The position numbers and the translations under genes were made by a program. Positions 1 to 9,414 of a stretch of DNA of 64,000 nucleotides are shown piece by piece. Under the pieces are notes generated by a model. The model was not told where the DNA came from. It ran no database searches and saw only the letters and a list, made by a program, of their open reading frames with translations. Source of the stretch: an uncultured Actinomycetota bacterium (GTDB taxonomy: Bacteria; Actinomycetota; Actinomycetes; JAHEKZ01). How positions within the stretch are numbered: the stretch's first letter is position 1; every line of letters starts with the position of its first letter. The stretch spans positions 416,001-480,000 of the forward strand of contig CAVURN010000003.1 of NCBI GenBank assembly GCA_963743915.1. Reading direction: 5' to 3'.

Positions 1-1
1 G

Positions 2-1033
2 GGCTACGGCGTCACGGCGGGCTCGACCCGTCGGCGTCGGAGGGTCGCACCGCCGAGCCCGCACGGCACGCTGCGCCCGGAGGCGGGACCACCCGGCGAG
101 CCGGTCAAGCCCGTGCGACACGGGGGCCTCGAGGTCGGACGCGCAGCGGAGGCGAAGTTCGCCGAGGCGAGAGGACCGGCGCGGGCCAAGCCGCCCGTGC
201 GACGTCTGGCCAAACAGCTCGGGATCGACCTGGGGGCGGTCCGGGCGACGGGACCGGACGGCACGATCACGCGCGACGACGTCGAGGCGGCGGCGGCGTT
301 GCTGGCGCCCGAGACCGCGGGCGTGTCCGCTGTCGCGCAGGGAGACCGCCGGGAGCCGGTGCGCGGGATCACCCGCACGATGGCGGCGGCGATGACCGAG
401 AGTGCGTCGACCATCCCGGCGGTGGCCGAGTGGGTCGAGGTCGACGTCACCCGCAGCCGTGAGCTGCTCGAGCGGATGCGAGCGATGCCGCAGTTCGCCG
501 AGGTGAGTGTCACGCCGCTGCTGCTGGTGGCGCGCGCATGCCTGGCGGCGATGCAGCAGGAGCCGCGGCTCAACGGGGTGTTCGACGCCGACGCGCAGGA
601 GATCGTGCATCGGGCGTCGGTGAACCTCGGCATCGCCGTGGCGAGCGAGCGTGGACTGGTCGTGCCGCATGTGGCGGCCGCTGAGACGTTGACGCTGTCA
701 GAGCTGGCCCGGTCGATCGGCGACGTGGTGCGACGGACGAGGGACGGTGAGGTGTCACCGGCCGAGCTGGTCGGTGCGACGTTCACGATCACCAACGTCG
801 GCGTCTTCGGCGTCGACGGCGGGACGCCGATGATCGCGCCGGGTCAGTCGGCCATCCTCGCGGTCGGGGCGTGGCACGAGCGCCCGTGGGTCGACCGCGG
901 ACAGCTGGTGGTCCGCACCACGTGCACGCTGTCGCTCTCGTTCGACCACCGCTTCATCGACGGCGCGACCGGTTCGCGGTTCCTGCGGACGGTGGCCGAC
1001 GTCCTGGAGGAGCCGGCCCTCCCCGCCCTCTGA
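2..1033 (+). CDS. Dihydrolipoamide acyltransferase (E2) of a 2-oxoacid dehydrogenase complex, 5'-truncated by the window edge
   Basis: E3-binding motif AKPPVRRLAKQLGIDL...GPDGTITRDDV; catalytic domain with GATFTITNVG and LSLSFDHRFIDG; frame is open to the window start. Confidence 0.93.
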   Translation, partial: GYGVTAGSTRRRRRVAPPSPHGTLRPEAGPPGEPVKPVRHGGLEVGRAAEAKFAEARGPARAKPPVRRLAKQLGIDLGAVRATGPDGTITRDDVEAAAALLAPETAGVSAVAQGDRREPVRGITRTMAAAMTESASTIPAVAEWVEVDVTRSRELLERMRAMPQFAEVSVTPLLLVARACLAAMQQEPRLNGVFDADAQEIVHRASVNLGIAVASERGLVVPHVAAAETLTLSELARSIGDVVRRTRDGEVSPAELVGATFTITNVGVFGVDGGTPMIAPGQSAILAVGAWHERPWVDRGQLVVRTTCTLSLSFDHRFIDGATGSRFLRTVADVLEEPALPAL

Positions 1034-1082
1034 CAGCCCGCCGAGTGTCCCCTTGGGTGGGGCCACAGCCGGCCGAGTGTCC
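1033..1082. repeat. Short tandem direct repeat (ACAGCC[C/G]GCCGAGTGTCC x2, 32-bp period), related to 22675-22719
   Basis: Copies at 1033-1050 and 1065-1082 differ by one base. Confidence 0.6.
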
Positions 1083-1085
1083 GGG

Positions 1086-2159
1086 CTACCGGATGGTGAT
1101 CTTCACCGGCTTCGACTTCGAGGCGACGTAGTAAGGGGCGAGGTCGGTGGAGTACACGCGGTACTTGCCGTCGGCGTCCGCACCGGGCGTCAGGCGGAGC
1201 ACGTAGCTGCCGTCGTCCTTGATCGTCGCGTCGCAGCTGCCGCCGCCCCAGGAGCCGCCGGCCGTGCTCTGCCAGCAGATCTTCGAGCCGGCGACGAGCG
1301 ACGGGCTCCCCGACACCTGGCCGCGGAAGGTCAGTTCACGTCCAGCCCGGATGGTCGTGTCGGGTCGGACCTTGAGGGAGATCGCCGCACGGACGTCGAT
1401 GGCCACGGTCTTGGTCCAGCCGCCGATGCCGTCCGCCGGGATGTACCGGGCCCAGTACCGGCCGTTGATCCGCGGCTTGGTCTTGAACGACCACTTGCCG
1501 CCCGTGGTAGTGGTGACCTCGGAGGTCGCGGCATCCGTCTCCACGCTCTTGGGGGTGGGGTCCCGGAAGATCGTGATGGTCTTGTTCGCGAGCGGCGATC
1601 CGTTGGCTGAGGTCAGCGTGCCCGACAGCTCGATGACCTTTCCGCTGAGCACCGTCGACCGGCTCGTCGCGATCGACAGATTGAAGCCGCTCGCCATGCA
1701 CGTAGCCGATCGGGGTGTTCGCTGGCGTCGCCGTCCGGCGAGATGACGTCGCCGCCACTGTCGATGGCGTACACCGCGAAGTAGTAGTTCTTGCCCGCGC
1801 TGAGGTCCGTCGGCGATCACCTCGCGGGCACCGTCCACCGGCACCGTGCCGAGGCTGTGTAGCGCACCGTCCGGGTCCGTAGGTCGCGATTGCCTTGGGT
1901 GACGAAGCTGTCGTCGCGGTCTGCGACGACCCAGATACTCGTCGAACGTGGGGAATGTTGGGTCGATGGTGGGGCAGTCGCCCCACGTCACGACCGCCTT
2001 CTTGGCGCCGTAGTCGTCGTCGGATCCATTCGCCTTGGGCGGAGTCACGACGAGGTTGGCGGGGTTCTCGGGCGCGGCCGACGCCACTCCCGAGAGGGTG
2101 ACGACGGCACCGGTGGCCACCAGGCCGATGGCAGCGACAGCAGCAGTCAGACGCTTCAA
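1086..2159 (-). CDS. Secreted protein with Fn3-like and Ig-like beta-sandwich domains (internal compensating frameshifts)
   Basis: Signal peptide MKRLTAAVAAIGLVA...ASA; an alternative frame near 1750-1810 reads DLSAGKNYYFAVYAID (Fn3-like); beta-rich C-terminal half. Confidence 0.7.
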   Translation of the reverse strand: MKRLTAAVAAIGLVATGAVVTLSGVASAAPENPANLVVTPPKANGSDDDYGAKKAVVTWGDCPTIDPTFPTFDEYLGRRRPRRQLRHPRQSRPTDPDGALHSLGTVPVDGAREVIADGPQRGQELLLRGVRHRQWRRRHLAGRRRQRTPRSATCMASGFNLSIATSRSTVLSGKVIELSGTLTSANGSPLANKTITIFRDPTPKSVETDAATSEVTTTTGGKWSFKTKPRINGRYWARYIPADGIGGWTKTVAIDVRAAISLKVRPDTTIRAGRELTFRGQVSGSPSLVAGSKICWQSTAGGSWGGGSCDATIKDDGSYVLRLTPGADADGKYRVYSTDLAPYYVASKSKPVKITIR

Positions 2160-2216
2160 GAGGTTCCCCCCACTACGTGGACGAGCGATGTTGCCCCCAC
2201 GGTATGCGACGGGTGC

Positions 2217-3035
2217 TCAGGGCGTGACGGCCAGGGCGGATATCACCCGTTCGGCCAGGGTGGCGTCCCCCTCGATTCCGACCGGCACGGACGCCGGCGG
2301 CCGGCGTCCGCAGAAGAGCAGCTGCAGTCGCTCCAGGTCGAGGTCGAGGCTCGCGTCGGGGTCGGCGTCGTCGTCGCGGACGCCCCGGCCCTCGGCGTCG
2401 ACCCGTACGGTCACCGCCGCTCCCGGCTCCCCGGTGACGACGACGCGGACCACCGAGCCAGCCGGCGCCTCCGCCTGCTGAGCCACCACGATGGGCAGCG
2501 CCTCGAGCATCCGGCGAAGGGACGCCTCCGCCGCCGGGCCGACCATGCGCGGGGGTCGGCCGGTGGCCCGGCGGACGTCCTGCTCGTGCGCCCACACGTC
2601 GAGGGTGCGGGTGCCCATGACCCGGCTGACCGGCCCCACCATGCCTGCAGGGCCGCGCATCTCGGCGTCCGGCGTCTCGGGTGTCGACGCCAGCTGGCGG
2701 GAGCGCTCCTCGACCAGGTTCGCGAGCTCGGCCACGAGCTCCTGCGGCGGCAGCCCGCGGCGTGCCTCGACCCCCACCTCGGTGTACTGCTGGAACGGCG
2801 TCGTGACGTGCGGGAAGCGTGACCAGTCGTGGATCGACGACGGCACGGGACGCCCCGCGAGCTCGTCCTCGACGGCGACCACGTGTGCCACGTTGTCGAA
2901 GACGGTCCACACCGGCAGGTCGGTGGGAGCGGACCACTCGTCGTCGGTCAGCTCCCGCGCGAGCGCGAGCACACCGCTGACCGCGTCCAGGTACGCCTCG
3001 ACCGCATCGTCACGTGACCAGGGGGTGTCTGCCAT
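2217..3035 (-). CDS. Maleylpyruvate isomerase family mycothiol-dependent enzyme (MDMPI/DinB-like)
   Basis: EWSAPTDLPVWTVFDNVAHV and RTLDVWAHEQDVRRA motifs. Confidence 0.88.
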   Translation of the reverse strand: MADTPWSRDDAVEAYLDAVSGVLALARELTDDEWSAPTDLPVWTVFDNVAHVVAVEDELAGRPVPSSIHDWSRFPHVTTPFQQYTEVGVEARRGLPPQELVAELANLVEERSRQLASTPETPDAEMRGPAGMVGPVSRVMGTRTLDVWAHEQDVRRATGRPPRMVGPAAEASLRRMLEALPIVVAQQAEAPAGSVVRVVVTGEPGAAVTVRVDAEGRGVRDDDADPDASLDLDLERLQLLFCGRRPPASVPVGIEGDATLAERVISALAVTP

Positions 3036-3080
3036 GCGGCGACGCTATCGGGGCCGCGGAGCGCATGGCAGGCTGGAGCC

Positions 3081-3854
3081 ATGCAGATCGCGGGCATCCA
3101 GTTCGACTACGTCGAGTCCGAACCCTTCGACGCGCGCGTCGCTCGCATGCTCGACCTCGTGGCGTCTGCGGCGGACGCCGACCTGGTGGTGCTGCCCGAG
3201 CTGTGGCCCAACGGCGGCTTCACGTACGCCACGTGGGAGCCCACGGCGCAGGAGCTCTCCGGTGACATCGTCACGCAGCTGCAGGACGCCGCCCGCTCCG
3301 CCGACGTGGTGCTGCACGGCGGCTCCTTCATCGAACGCCGCCCCGACGGCTCTCTCACCAACACCGCTGTCGTCATCGAGCGGGACGGCTCGGTGGCCTC
3401 GGTGTACCGCAAGATCCACCTCTTCGGGTTCACCGACGGCGAGCCGAAGTACCTCGCGGCCGGCCAGAACGTGGAGGTCGCCGACACCTCCGTCGGCCGC
3501 CTCGGCCTCGCCACCTGCTACGACCTGCGCTTCCCTGAGATGTTCCGCCGACTCGTCGACCAGCAGGTCGATCTCTTCGTGGTACCCGCTGCCTGGCCGG
3601 CGCCCCGGGTCGAGCACTGGACGGTCCTGGCACGCGCCCGTGCGATCGAGAACCAGACGCCGCTGGTGGCCGTGAACACGTCGGGCAGGCACGGCGGTGT
3701 CGAGATGGGGGGCCGCAGCCTGGTGGTGGACGCGCAGGGCGTCGTCCTCACCGAGGCCGGGATCGACGAGACCGTGCTGCGCGCCACCATCGACGCCGAG
3801 GACACCCGGGCCTGGCGCGAGCGGTTCCCGGCGCTGGGCGACCGCCGCCTCTAG
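3081..3854 (+). CDS. Carbon-nitrogen hydrolase (nitrilase superfamily)
   Basis: VLPELW, YRKIHLF and ATCYDLRFPE (E-K-C triad); ARAIENQ. Confidence 0.95.
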   Translation: MQIAGIQFDYVESEPFDARVARMLDLVASAADADLVVLPELWPNGGFTYATWEPTAQELSGDIVTQLQDAARSADVVLHGGSFIERRPDGSLTNTAVVIERDGSVASVYRKIHLFGFTDGEPKYLAAGQNVEVADTSVGRLGLATCYDLRFPEMFRRLVDQQVDLFVVPAAWPAPRVEHWTVLARARAIENQTPLVAVNTSGRHGGVEMGGRSLVVDAQGVVLTEAGIDETVLRATIDAEDTRAWRERFPALGDRRL

Positions 3855-3861
3855 GACCCCC

Positions 3862-3936
3862 TTTCTACGCCAGGGCGCCACGATTACCCGTCCTGCCGCG
3901 TGAGTGTGGCGGTCTGGCGTTGGAATTGGGGGTGCG
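3862..3936. repeat. ~75-bp imperfect palindromic (REP-like) element, copy 1
   Basis: Near-identical to 7733-7806 (about 5 differences); internal inverted arms ACGCCAGGGCGCCAC and GTGGCGGTCTGGCGT. Confidence 0.9.
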
Positions 3937-3963
3937 TGAACCGATCGGGGGTCCGGCTGCGAC
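3937..3963 (+). promoter_or_regulatory. Candidate ECF-type promoter (TGAACC-N17-CGAC)
   Basis: AAC-containing -35 and CGAC -10 just upstream of the ECF sigma gene; autoregulation is inferred. Confidence 0.4.
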
Positions 3964-4005
3964 AAGGGGGTAGGAACTGGCCCTCGCCCCTCCGGAAGGA
4001 CGACA

Positions 4006-4548
4006 GTGTCCGACGTGCCCACTGACCCGATGACCGACGCAGCCCTGCTGCGCCGCGTCGCCGACGGTGACCGCCGCGCGCTGGAGACTCTCTACGGGCG
4101 TCACGCGGGATGGTTGCTGGTCCGGCTCGGGCGCCGCTGTCCTGACCCCGGGCTGGTCGACGAGGTCGTGCAGGACACCTTCGTCGCCGTCTGGCGCAGT
4201 GCGGCGAAGTACGGCGGTCAGGGTGAGGTCGCGGCCTGGATCTGGGGCATCGGCGTCCGCCGCCTGGTGGACGCGGTCCGCCGCACGCCGCGTACCACCG
4301 TCGTCGCCGAGCCCCCCGAGCCGAGCCTCGAGCTCTCGGCCGAGGAGCGGGTGCTGCTCGGCGTGCAGTACGGCGACCTCGCCGGGGCGCTGGACCGGCT
4401 GTCGCCCGAGCTCAGGGCCGTCGTGCAGTCGACCGTGCTCGACGGGCTCACCACCGCCGAGGCCGGCCGTCTGCTCGGCATCCCGCAAGGCACCGTCAAG
4501 ACGCGCATGAAGCGCGCCCGTGAGCAGCTTCGGGAGGAGTTGGCATGA
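4006..4548 (+). CDS. ECF RNA polymerase sigma factor
   Basis: Region 2 EVVQDTFVAVWRSA...AWIWGI; region 4 LTTAEAGRLLGIPQGTVKTRMKRAR. Confidence 0.95.
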   Translation: MSDVPTDPMTDAALLRRVADGDRRALETLYGRHAGWLLVRLGRRCPDPGLVDEVVQDTFVAVWRSAAKYGGQGEVAAWIWGIGVRRLVDAVRRTPRTTVVAEPPEPSLELSAEERVLLGVQYGDLAGALDRLSPELRAVVQSTVLDGLTTAEAGRLLGIPQGTVKTRMKRAREQLREELA

Positions 4549-5363
4549 GTTGGCACATCCCCGAGCCGCTGGCACAGGCGTACGTCGCCGGTGATGTGCA
4601 GGGTGCACGTGCGGCGTCCGTCGAGGCGCACGTCATGGCGTGCGACACCTGCCGCGCCCTCGTCGGCGGCGCCGTCCCGACCGACCGTCTCGAGGCGATC
4701 TGGTCGGAGGTCGAGGAGCAGGTGGACGCCCCGCGTGCGAGCTGGGTGGAGCGGCTGCTCACCGGCGTCGGGCTGCCGGAGACGGATGCGCGTCTGGTGG
4801 CTGCTGCTCCGTCGCTGCACGCGTCATGGTTCACCGCCCTCGTCGCCGTCCTTGCCTTCGCGGTCTGGGCAGGCCAGGCGGGTGGGCGCGGAGCGGTCGT
4901 GTTCCTCATCCTCGCGCCGCTGGTGCCGGTGCTGGCGGTCGCCGGCGCGTACGGCCCACGGGTCGACCCCACGTACGAGGTCTCGGTGGCGAGCCCCTAT
5001 CCGACGCTGCGCCTGGTCCTGCTGCGTGCAGCCGCCGTCGCGCTGGCGTCCGGGGCGCTTGCCGCCCTCGCCTCGACGCTGGTCCCCGACATCGACGTGG
5101 CGGCGGCGTGGCTGCTGCCGAGCCTGGCCCTCGTCAGCCTCACTCTCGTGCTGGCCCGCTGGCTTCCGCTGCCAGTGGCGGCCGGCGGTGTCGCGGCGTC
5201 CTATGCCGTGCCGCTGTTGCTGGCGCTCTATGCCGACGCGGACGTTCTCGACGTCGTGCTGTCGGCCTCACTGCAGTGGGCGGCACTGGCCGTCGGTGTC
5301 GCTGCACTCGTGTTCATGACCACCGACCCGCAGCTGCGGGCGGCCCTGAGGAGGAACCCATGA
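4545..5363 (+). CDS. zf-HC2 zinc-binding membrane anti-sigma factor
   Basis: H-x23-HVMACDTC (ZAS motif) followed by several TM helices; ATGA coupling to the sigma gene. Confidence 0.88.
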   Translation: MSWHIPEPLAQAYVAGDVQGARAASVEAHVMACDTCRALVGGAVPTDRLEAIWSEVEEQVDAPRASWVERLLTGVGLPETDARLVAAAPSLHASWFTALVAVLAFAVWAGQAGGRGAVVFLILAPLVPVLAVAGAYGPRVDPTYEVSVASPYPTLRLVLLRAAAVALASGALAALASTLVPDIDVAAAWLLPSLALVSLTLVLARWLPLPVAAGGVAASYAVPLLLALYADADVLDVVLSASLQWAALAVGVAALVFMTTDPQLRAALRRNP

Positions 5364-6220
5364 CCCAGGCAGCGACCGTCCATGAGGTCCGTCGCCGGTA
5401 TGGGCGCACCCAGGCCCTCGACGGTGCCACGTTCACCATCGGGTCCGGCGTGACCGGTCTGCTCGGTCCGAACGGAGCCGGCAAGACGACGCTCCTGCGC
5501 ATCCTGGCCACCGTGTCCGCCCCGGACTCCGGTGAGGTCACGGTGTTCGGCCGCAACCCCGGCGACGCGGGTGAGCGCACCGAGATCCGTCGCCGCCTCG
5601 GCTACCTTCCGCAGGACCCAGGGTTCCAGCGTGGCTTCAGCGTCTTCGAGTTCGTCGACTACGTCGCGATCCTCAAGGAGATGACCGGACGTCGCGAGCG
5701 GCACGAGGAGGTGCGTCGCGCGCTCGAGGCGGTCGACCTCACCTCGGTCAGCGGCAAGCGCGTGCGCGCACTCTCGGGTGGCATGAAGCGTCGCACCGCC
5801 CTCGCCGCCGCGCTGCTCGGCGACCCCCAGTTCCTCGTCCTCGACGAGCCGACAGCGGGCCTCGATCCGGAGCAGCGGCTGCGTTTCCGTGAGCTGGTGT
5901 CGCACGCAGGTGAGGGACGCGCGGTGCTGCTGTCGACACACCAGACCGAGGATGTCGCCGCGCTCTGTCAGGACGTGGTGGTGCTCGACCGCGGACGCGT
6001 CCTGTTCCACGGCTCGCCCGCCGAGCTGACCGCCGTGGCCGACGGTCGGGTCTGGTTCGCCGCCGAGCGGAACCCGGGTGCCGAGCTTGCGTGGCGCACC
6101 GGAGACGGACGCGTCCGTCACCTGGGCACTCCGCCCTCGGCCGCCGACATCGTCGAGCCGACGCTCGAGGACGGCTACCTGCTGCTGGTCGGCCGGTTCG
6201 ACGAGGAGGCAGCGGCATGA
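5360..6220 (+). CDS. ABC transporter ATP-binding protein
   Basis: GPNGAGKTT, LSGGM, LDEPTAGLD; ATG at 5360 after AGGAGG, overlapping the previous stop. Confidence 0.95.
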   Translation: MTQAATVHEVRRRYGRTQALDGATFTIGSGVTGLLGPNGAGKTTLLRILATVSAPDSGEVTVFGRNPGDAGERTEIRRRLGYLPQDPGFQRGFSVFEFVDYVAILKEMTGRRERHEEVRRALEAVDLTSVSGKRVRALSGGMKRRTALAAALLGDPQFLVLDEPTAGLDPEQRLRFRELVSHAGEGRAVLLSTHQTEDVAALCQDVVVLDRGRVLFHGSPAELTAVADGRVWFAAERNPGAELAWRTGDGRVRHLGTPPSAADIVEPTLEDGYLLLVGRFDEEAAA

Positions 6221-7091
6221 GCGCGGTGCTGGAGTCGCACGTGGGTGGCAGAGACCGTGCGGTGACGCGATCGACGTGGCGGGCGGTCGTGGAGCTGGGG
6301 CTGCGTGAGGGACGCCGAATGGTGACGTCGCCGGTGCTGCTCCTGCTGCTGGCGTTCGTGATCCTGATGGGTGGCGTCGAGACCGTCGCGGAGCGAGCGC
6401 TGTCCATGCCGACGGCCCGCGGCGCCTACGACGCCATCGCCTTCTTCACGGCGCTGTACCTCGGGCTGCTCGTCTACATGGCGGCGCACCTGGTGACGTC
6501 GTCGGCGCGTCGCACCGGCGCCGAGCCGCAGCTGGCGGCGTCTGCCCTGTCGGTCCGGCAGCGCAGCGCGGGGATGTGTCTCGGCGTGCTGTTCGGTCCC
6601 GGTGGGTTGGCCCTCGTGCTGATGGTGGCGGCCGCACTGCTCGGCAACAACCTCGTGGCGTCCAACGCAGACGGCTTCGGGCCGGACGAGCCGACGCTGG
6701 GCGTGGTGTTCCTCGTCCAGCTCGGTCTGCTGCTGATCGGTGGTGGCCTGTTCGGAGTCATGTGGGCGACCTGGCTGCGCTTCCCCGGTTCGCTGCCGAT
6801 CGGTTTCCTCGTGCTGGTGTTCGGCACGGTGTGGCTGGCCGACCCCGACCGCACGCCGCTCCACACCTGGCCGTGGTTCGCGCCGTACATCAGCGTTCCG
6901 AGCTGGTTCGACGAACCATGGACTGCCGTACGGATCCCACTACTGGCACACGGCGTATCTCGTCGGTCTATGCGCTCTCGCGGTGTGCGGAACGATGCTG
7001 CGCGAGCGTGAGCACCGCGGCCGCTGGCTCGGGATCTCCGCGGCAGTCGCCGCTGGCCACCGGCGTTGCCGGCGCGGTCCAGCTGTCATGA
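6217..7091 (+). CDS. ABC transporter membrane component (two frameshifts near 6930 and 7050)
   Basis: Multi-TM protein continuing across frames (WFDEPW / YGSHYWHTAYLVGL / GAVQLS*); ATGA coupling at both ends. Confidence 0.7.
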
Positions 7092-7774
7092 GCGGAGTAC
7101 TCGTGGCGTCCGAGCGATCGACCCCTCCGCCGTTGCTGCACTACCTACCGCGCCTGTGCCGCTGGCCGCTGCTCGCCGGTGGTGCGCTCCTCGCGTGGGC
7201 TCTGACGGGGTGGCGCGCCGGGGACGTCACCACGGAGGTGGGCGCCCTGTGGCTGCTCCGCTTCGTGGTCGTGGTCGCGTGCCTTGCGGCGGTGTTCGCG
7301 CTCGACGACCCGTCGCGGAACATGACGGAGCCGCTCGTCGCGACGCGTCGCTCACTCGTGAGTGGGCGCCTCGCGGTGGCCGTCGGCGTCGTGGCGGTGG
7401 CGACGCTGCCGGCGGCACTGGCGGTCGGCGAGCGACTGAGCGGTGCCGTGGCGTGGGGGCTCGTGCTCGAGGCGTTCGGCGTCCTGGCCCTGCTCTGCGG
7501 CCTCTCCCTCGTGCTGCAGCGTCGGTGGCGGATCACCGAGCCCGCCCAGTACCTGGCGCTGGCCGTGCTGCTCATCGGGGTCGCCGACCAGATGACCGCT
7601 GGACGGTGGCCGCTGCTGGCCGGCCCCGGGGAGCAGTGGGCGGATGCGCATGTGCGCTGGGCGGTGCTGGCAGCGGTCGCGGTCGCCGTCGTGGGCTGGC
7701 AGCTGCGCGATCCGGCGTCCCGCGCCGGCCGTTTTCTACGCCAGGGCGCCACGATGACCCGTCCTGCGGCGTGA
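7088..7774 (+). CDS. ABC transporter membrane component
   Basis: Multi-TM protein with FALDDP motif, coupled to the previous gene; last codons and stop lie inside repeat copy 2. Confidence 0.75.
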   Translation: MSGVLVASERSTPPPLLHYLPRLCRWPLLAGGALLAWALTGWRAGDVTTEVGALWLLRFVVVVACLAAVFALDDPSRNMTEPLVATRRSLVSGRLAVAVGVVAVATLPAALAVGERLSGAVAWGLVLEAFGVLALLCGLSLVLQRRWRITEPAQYLALAVLLIGVADQMTAGRWPLLAGPGEQWADAHVRWAVLAAVAVAVVGWQLRDPASRAGRFLRQGATMTRPAA

Positions 7775-7806
7775 CTGTGGCGGTCTGGCGTTGAAATGGG
7801 GGTGCG
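7733..7806. repeat. ~75-bp imperfect palindromic (REP-like) element, copy 2
   Basis: Direct repeat of 3862-3936. Confidence 0.9.
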
Positions 7807-7822
7807 GGAGTAGCCTCGCGAC

Positions 7823-9271
7823 GTGACCACGCCGCACCCTGAGACCGCCCGTTTCGCTGAGACGTTCGCCCTGGTGGGTGAGGCGCTGGACCGGTGGTAC
7901 GCGGCCGAACGGGTCGACCCGTTGCGCTCCTCCACCGACTGGTCCGAGGCGCTGACCGGTCCGCCCCCGAGGGAGGGGATCGGTGCGGACGCGACCTTGC
8001 ACGAGTTCGTCACGCTCGTGCTGCCGCACGGCCCACGGCTGACGTCCGAGGCGTCCTGGGGATGGATCACCACGGGGCCTTCGACCGTTCCCACCGCGAT
8101 CACGGCTGCCAGCATGATCGCGTCACCGCAACGGCAGACGCTCACGGCGTTCAACCACCTCGAGGAGCAGTCGCTCGACTGGCTCGCCGAGATCTGTGGG
8201 CTCGGCCCGCACATGAAGGGCGTGTACTCGAGCGGTGGGTCGACGGCCAATCTGGTCGCGCTCGGCGCCGCACGCCAGTGGGCGCTCGAGCAGGCGGGCG
8301 TCGACGCCTCGGCGGACGGATTCGACGCCAGTGGCTTCGCCGTCTACACCTCCGACCAGGCTCACCACACCGTCCAGCGGTCGGCAGGGGTGCTGGGCAT
8401 CGGACGCAACCGGGTGCGGTCCGTTCCGACCGATGACCAGATGCGCCTGGACGTCGACGCGCTGGCTGCGGTGATGGAGAAGGACCGGGCGAACGGGATC
8501 GTGCCGATCGCCGTGGTCGTCGCGGCGGGGACCACCAACACCGGTGCGATCGACCCGATCCGGCGCGCCGGTGAGGTGGCCAAGGAGCACGGCGCGTGGT
8601 TCCACGTCGACGGCGCGTACGGGCTGCCCGGCATCCTCGACGAGCGTTTGACGGCCCTGTACGACGGACTGGAGCTCGCGGACTCGGCGATCACCGACCC
8701 GCACAAGTGGCTCAACGCCCCGGTCGGGGTCGCGGCGACCTTCGTGCGCGACCGCTCGATCCTGTACCGGGCGTTCACCCAAGAGCCCGCGGACTACCTC
8801 GAAGGTGCGTTCTCCGACGACGACGTGCAGGTGTCGCTCGACTCGATGGGGATCCCCTACTTCGACTTCGGCGTCGAGCTCTCGTCGCCGGTGCGCGGGG
8901 TCGCCGTCTGGGGCACGCTCCGCGAGCTGGGGATCGACGGGGTCCGCGCCCGCGTCGTGCAGGACAACGACTTCGCCCGACGGGTCGCCGAGCGTGCCCG
9001 GGAGCACCCGCGGCTGGAGTTGCTGCTGGACCCGGTGCTGTCGATCTGCGTGTTCCGCTACCGGCCGGAGGGCGAGCTCGCTGAGGCAGGCGTCGATGCC
9101 GCCAACCGCGAGATCCTGCGCCGACTGGCGCGCGAGACGCGCTTCGTCGTGAGCTCGACGGTGGTGCGGGGCACCTTCGCCCTGCGCCCGTGCTTCATCA
9201 ACCCGCGCACCACGATGTCCGACGTCGACGCCTTCGTCGACACGGTCATCTCCCTCGGCGACACCCTCTGA
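7823..9271 (+). CDS. Group II PLP-dependent amino-acid decarboxylase
   Basis: SGGSTAN, AHHTV, AGTTNTGAIDP, HVDGAYG, DPHKW (PLP lysine); TAGCCT 6 nt before GTG. Confidence 0.93.
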   Translation: MTTPHPETARFAETFALVGEALDRWYAAERVDPLRSSTDWSEALTGPPPREGIGADATLHEFVTLVLPHGPRLTSEASWGWITTGPSTVPTAITAASMIASPQRQTLTAFNHLEEQSLDWLAEICGLGPHMKGVYSSGGSTANLVALGAARQWALEQAGVDASADGFDASGFAVYTSDQAHHTVQRSAGVLGIGRNRVRSVPTDDQMRLDVDALAAVMEKDRANGIVPIAVVVAAGTTNTGAIDPIRRAGEVAKEHGAWFHVDGAYGLPGILDERLTALYDGLELADSAITDPHKWLNAPVGVAATFVRDRSILYRAFTQEPADYLEGAFSDDDVQVSLDSMGIPYFDFGVELSSPVRGVAVWGTLRELGIDGVRARVVQDNDFARRVAERAREHPRLELLLDPVLSICVFRYRPEGELAEAGVDAANREILRRLARETRFVVSSTVVRGTFALRPCFINPRTTMSDVDAFVDTVISLGDTL

Positions 9272-9414
9272 CCCAAGCCACCCCCACCCGTGTGGGTGCG
9301 GTGTGACACCGCTCCCGTTGATTGCAGGTTTGGCCGTACCCATGGACGTCGAGTCGGGCGTCTGGCGCGGCCCGGAGATCGTCTGGTGACGGGTTCCCGG
9401 CGTACTGTCGTCGG

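Noticed and set aside
3862-7806. 75-bp repeats as a CRISPR array or IS ends
   Set aside because: Only two copies 3.8 kb apart in direct orientation; no spacers, cas genes or transposase
9272-9320. Two small hairpins after the decarboxylase gene
   Set aside because: Short GC-rich stems with no second copy seen; at most a weak terminator
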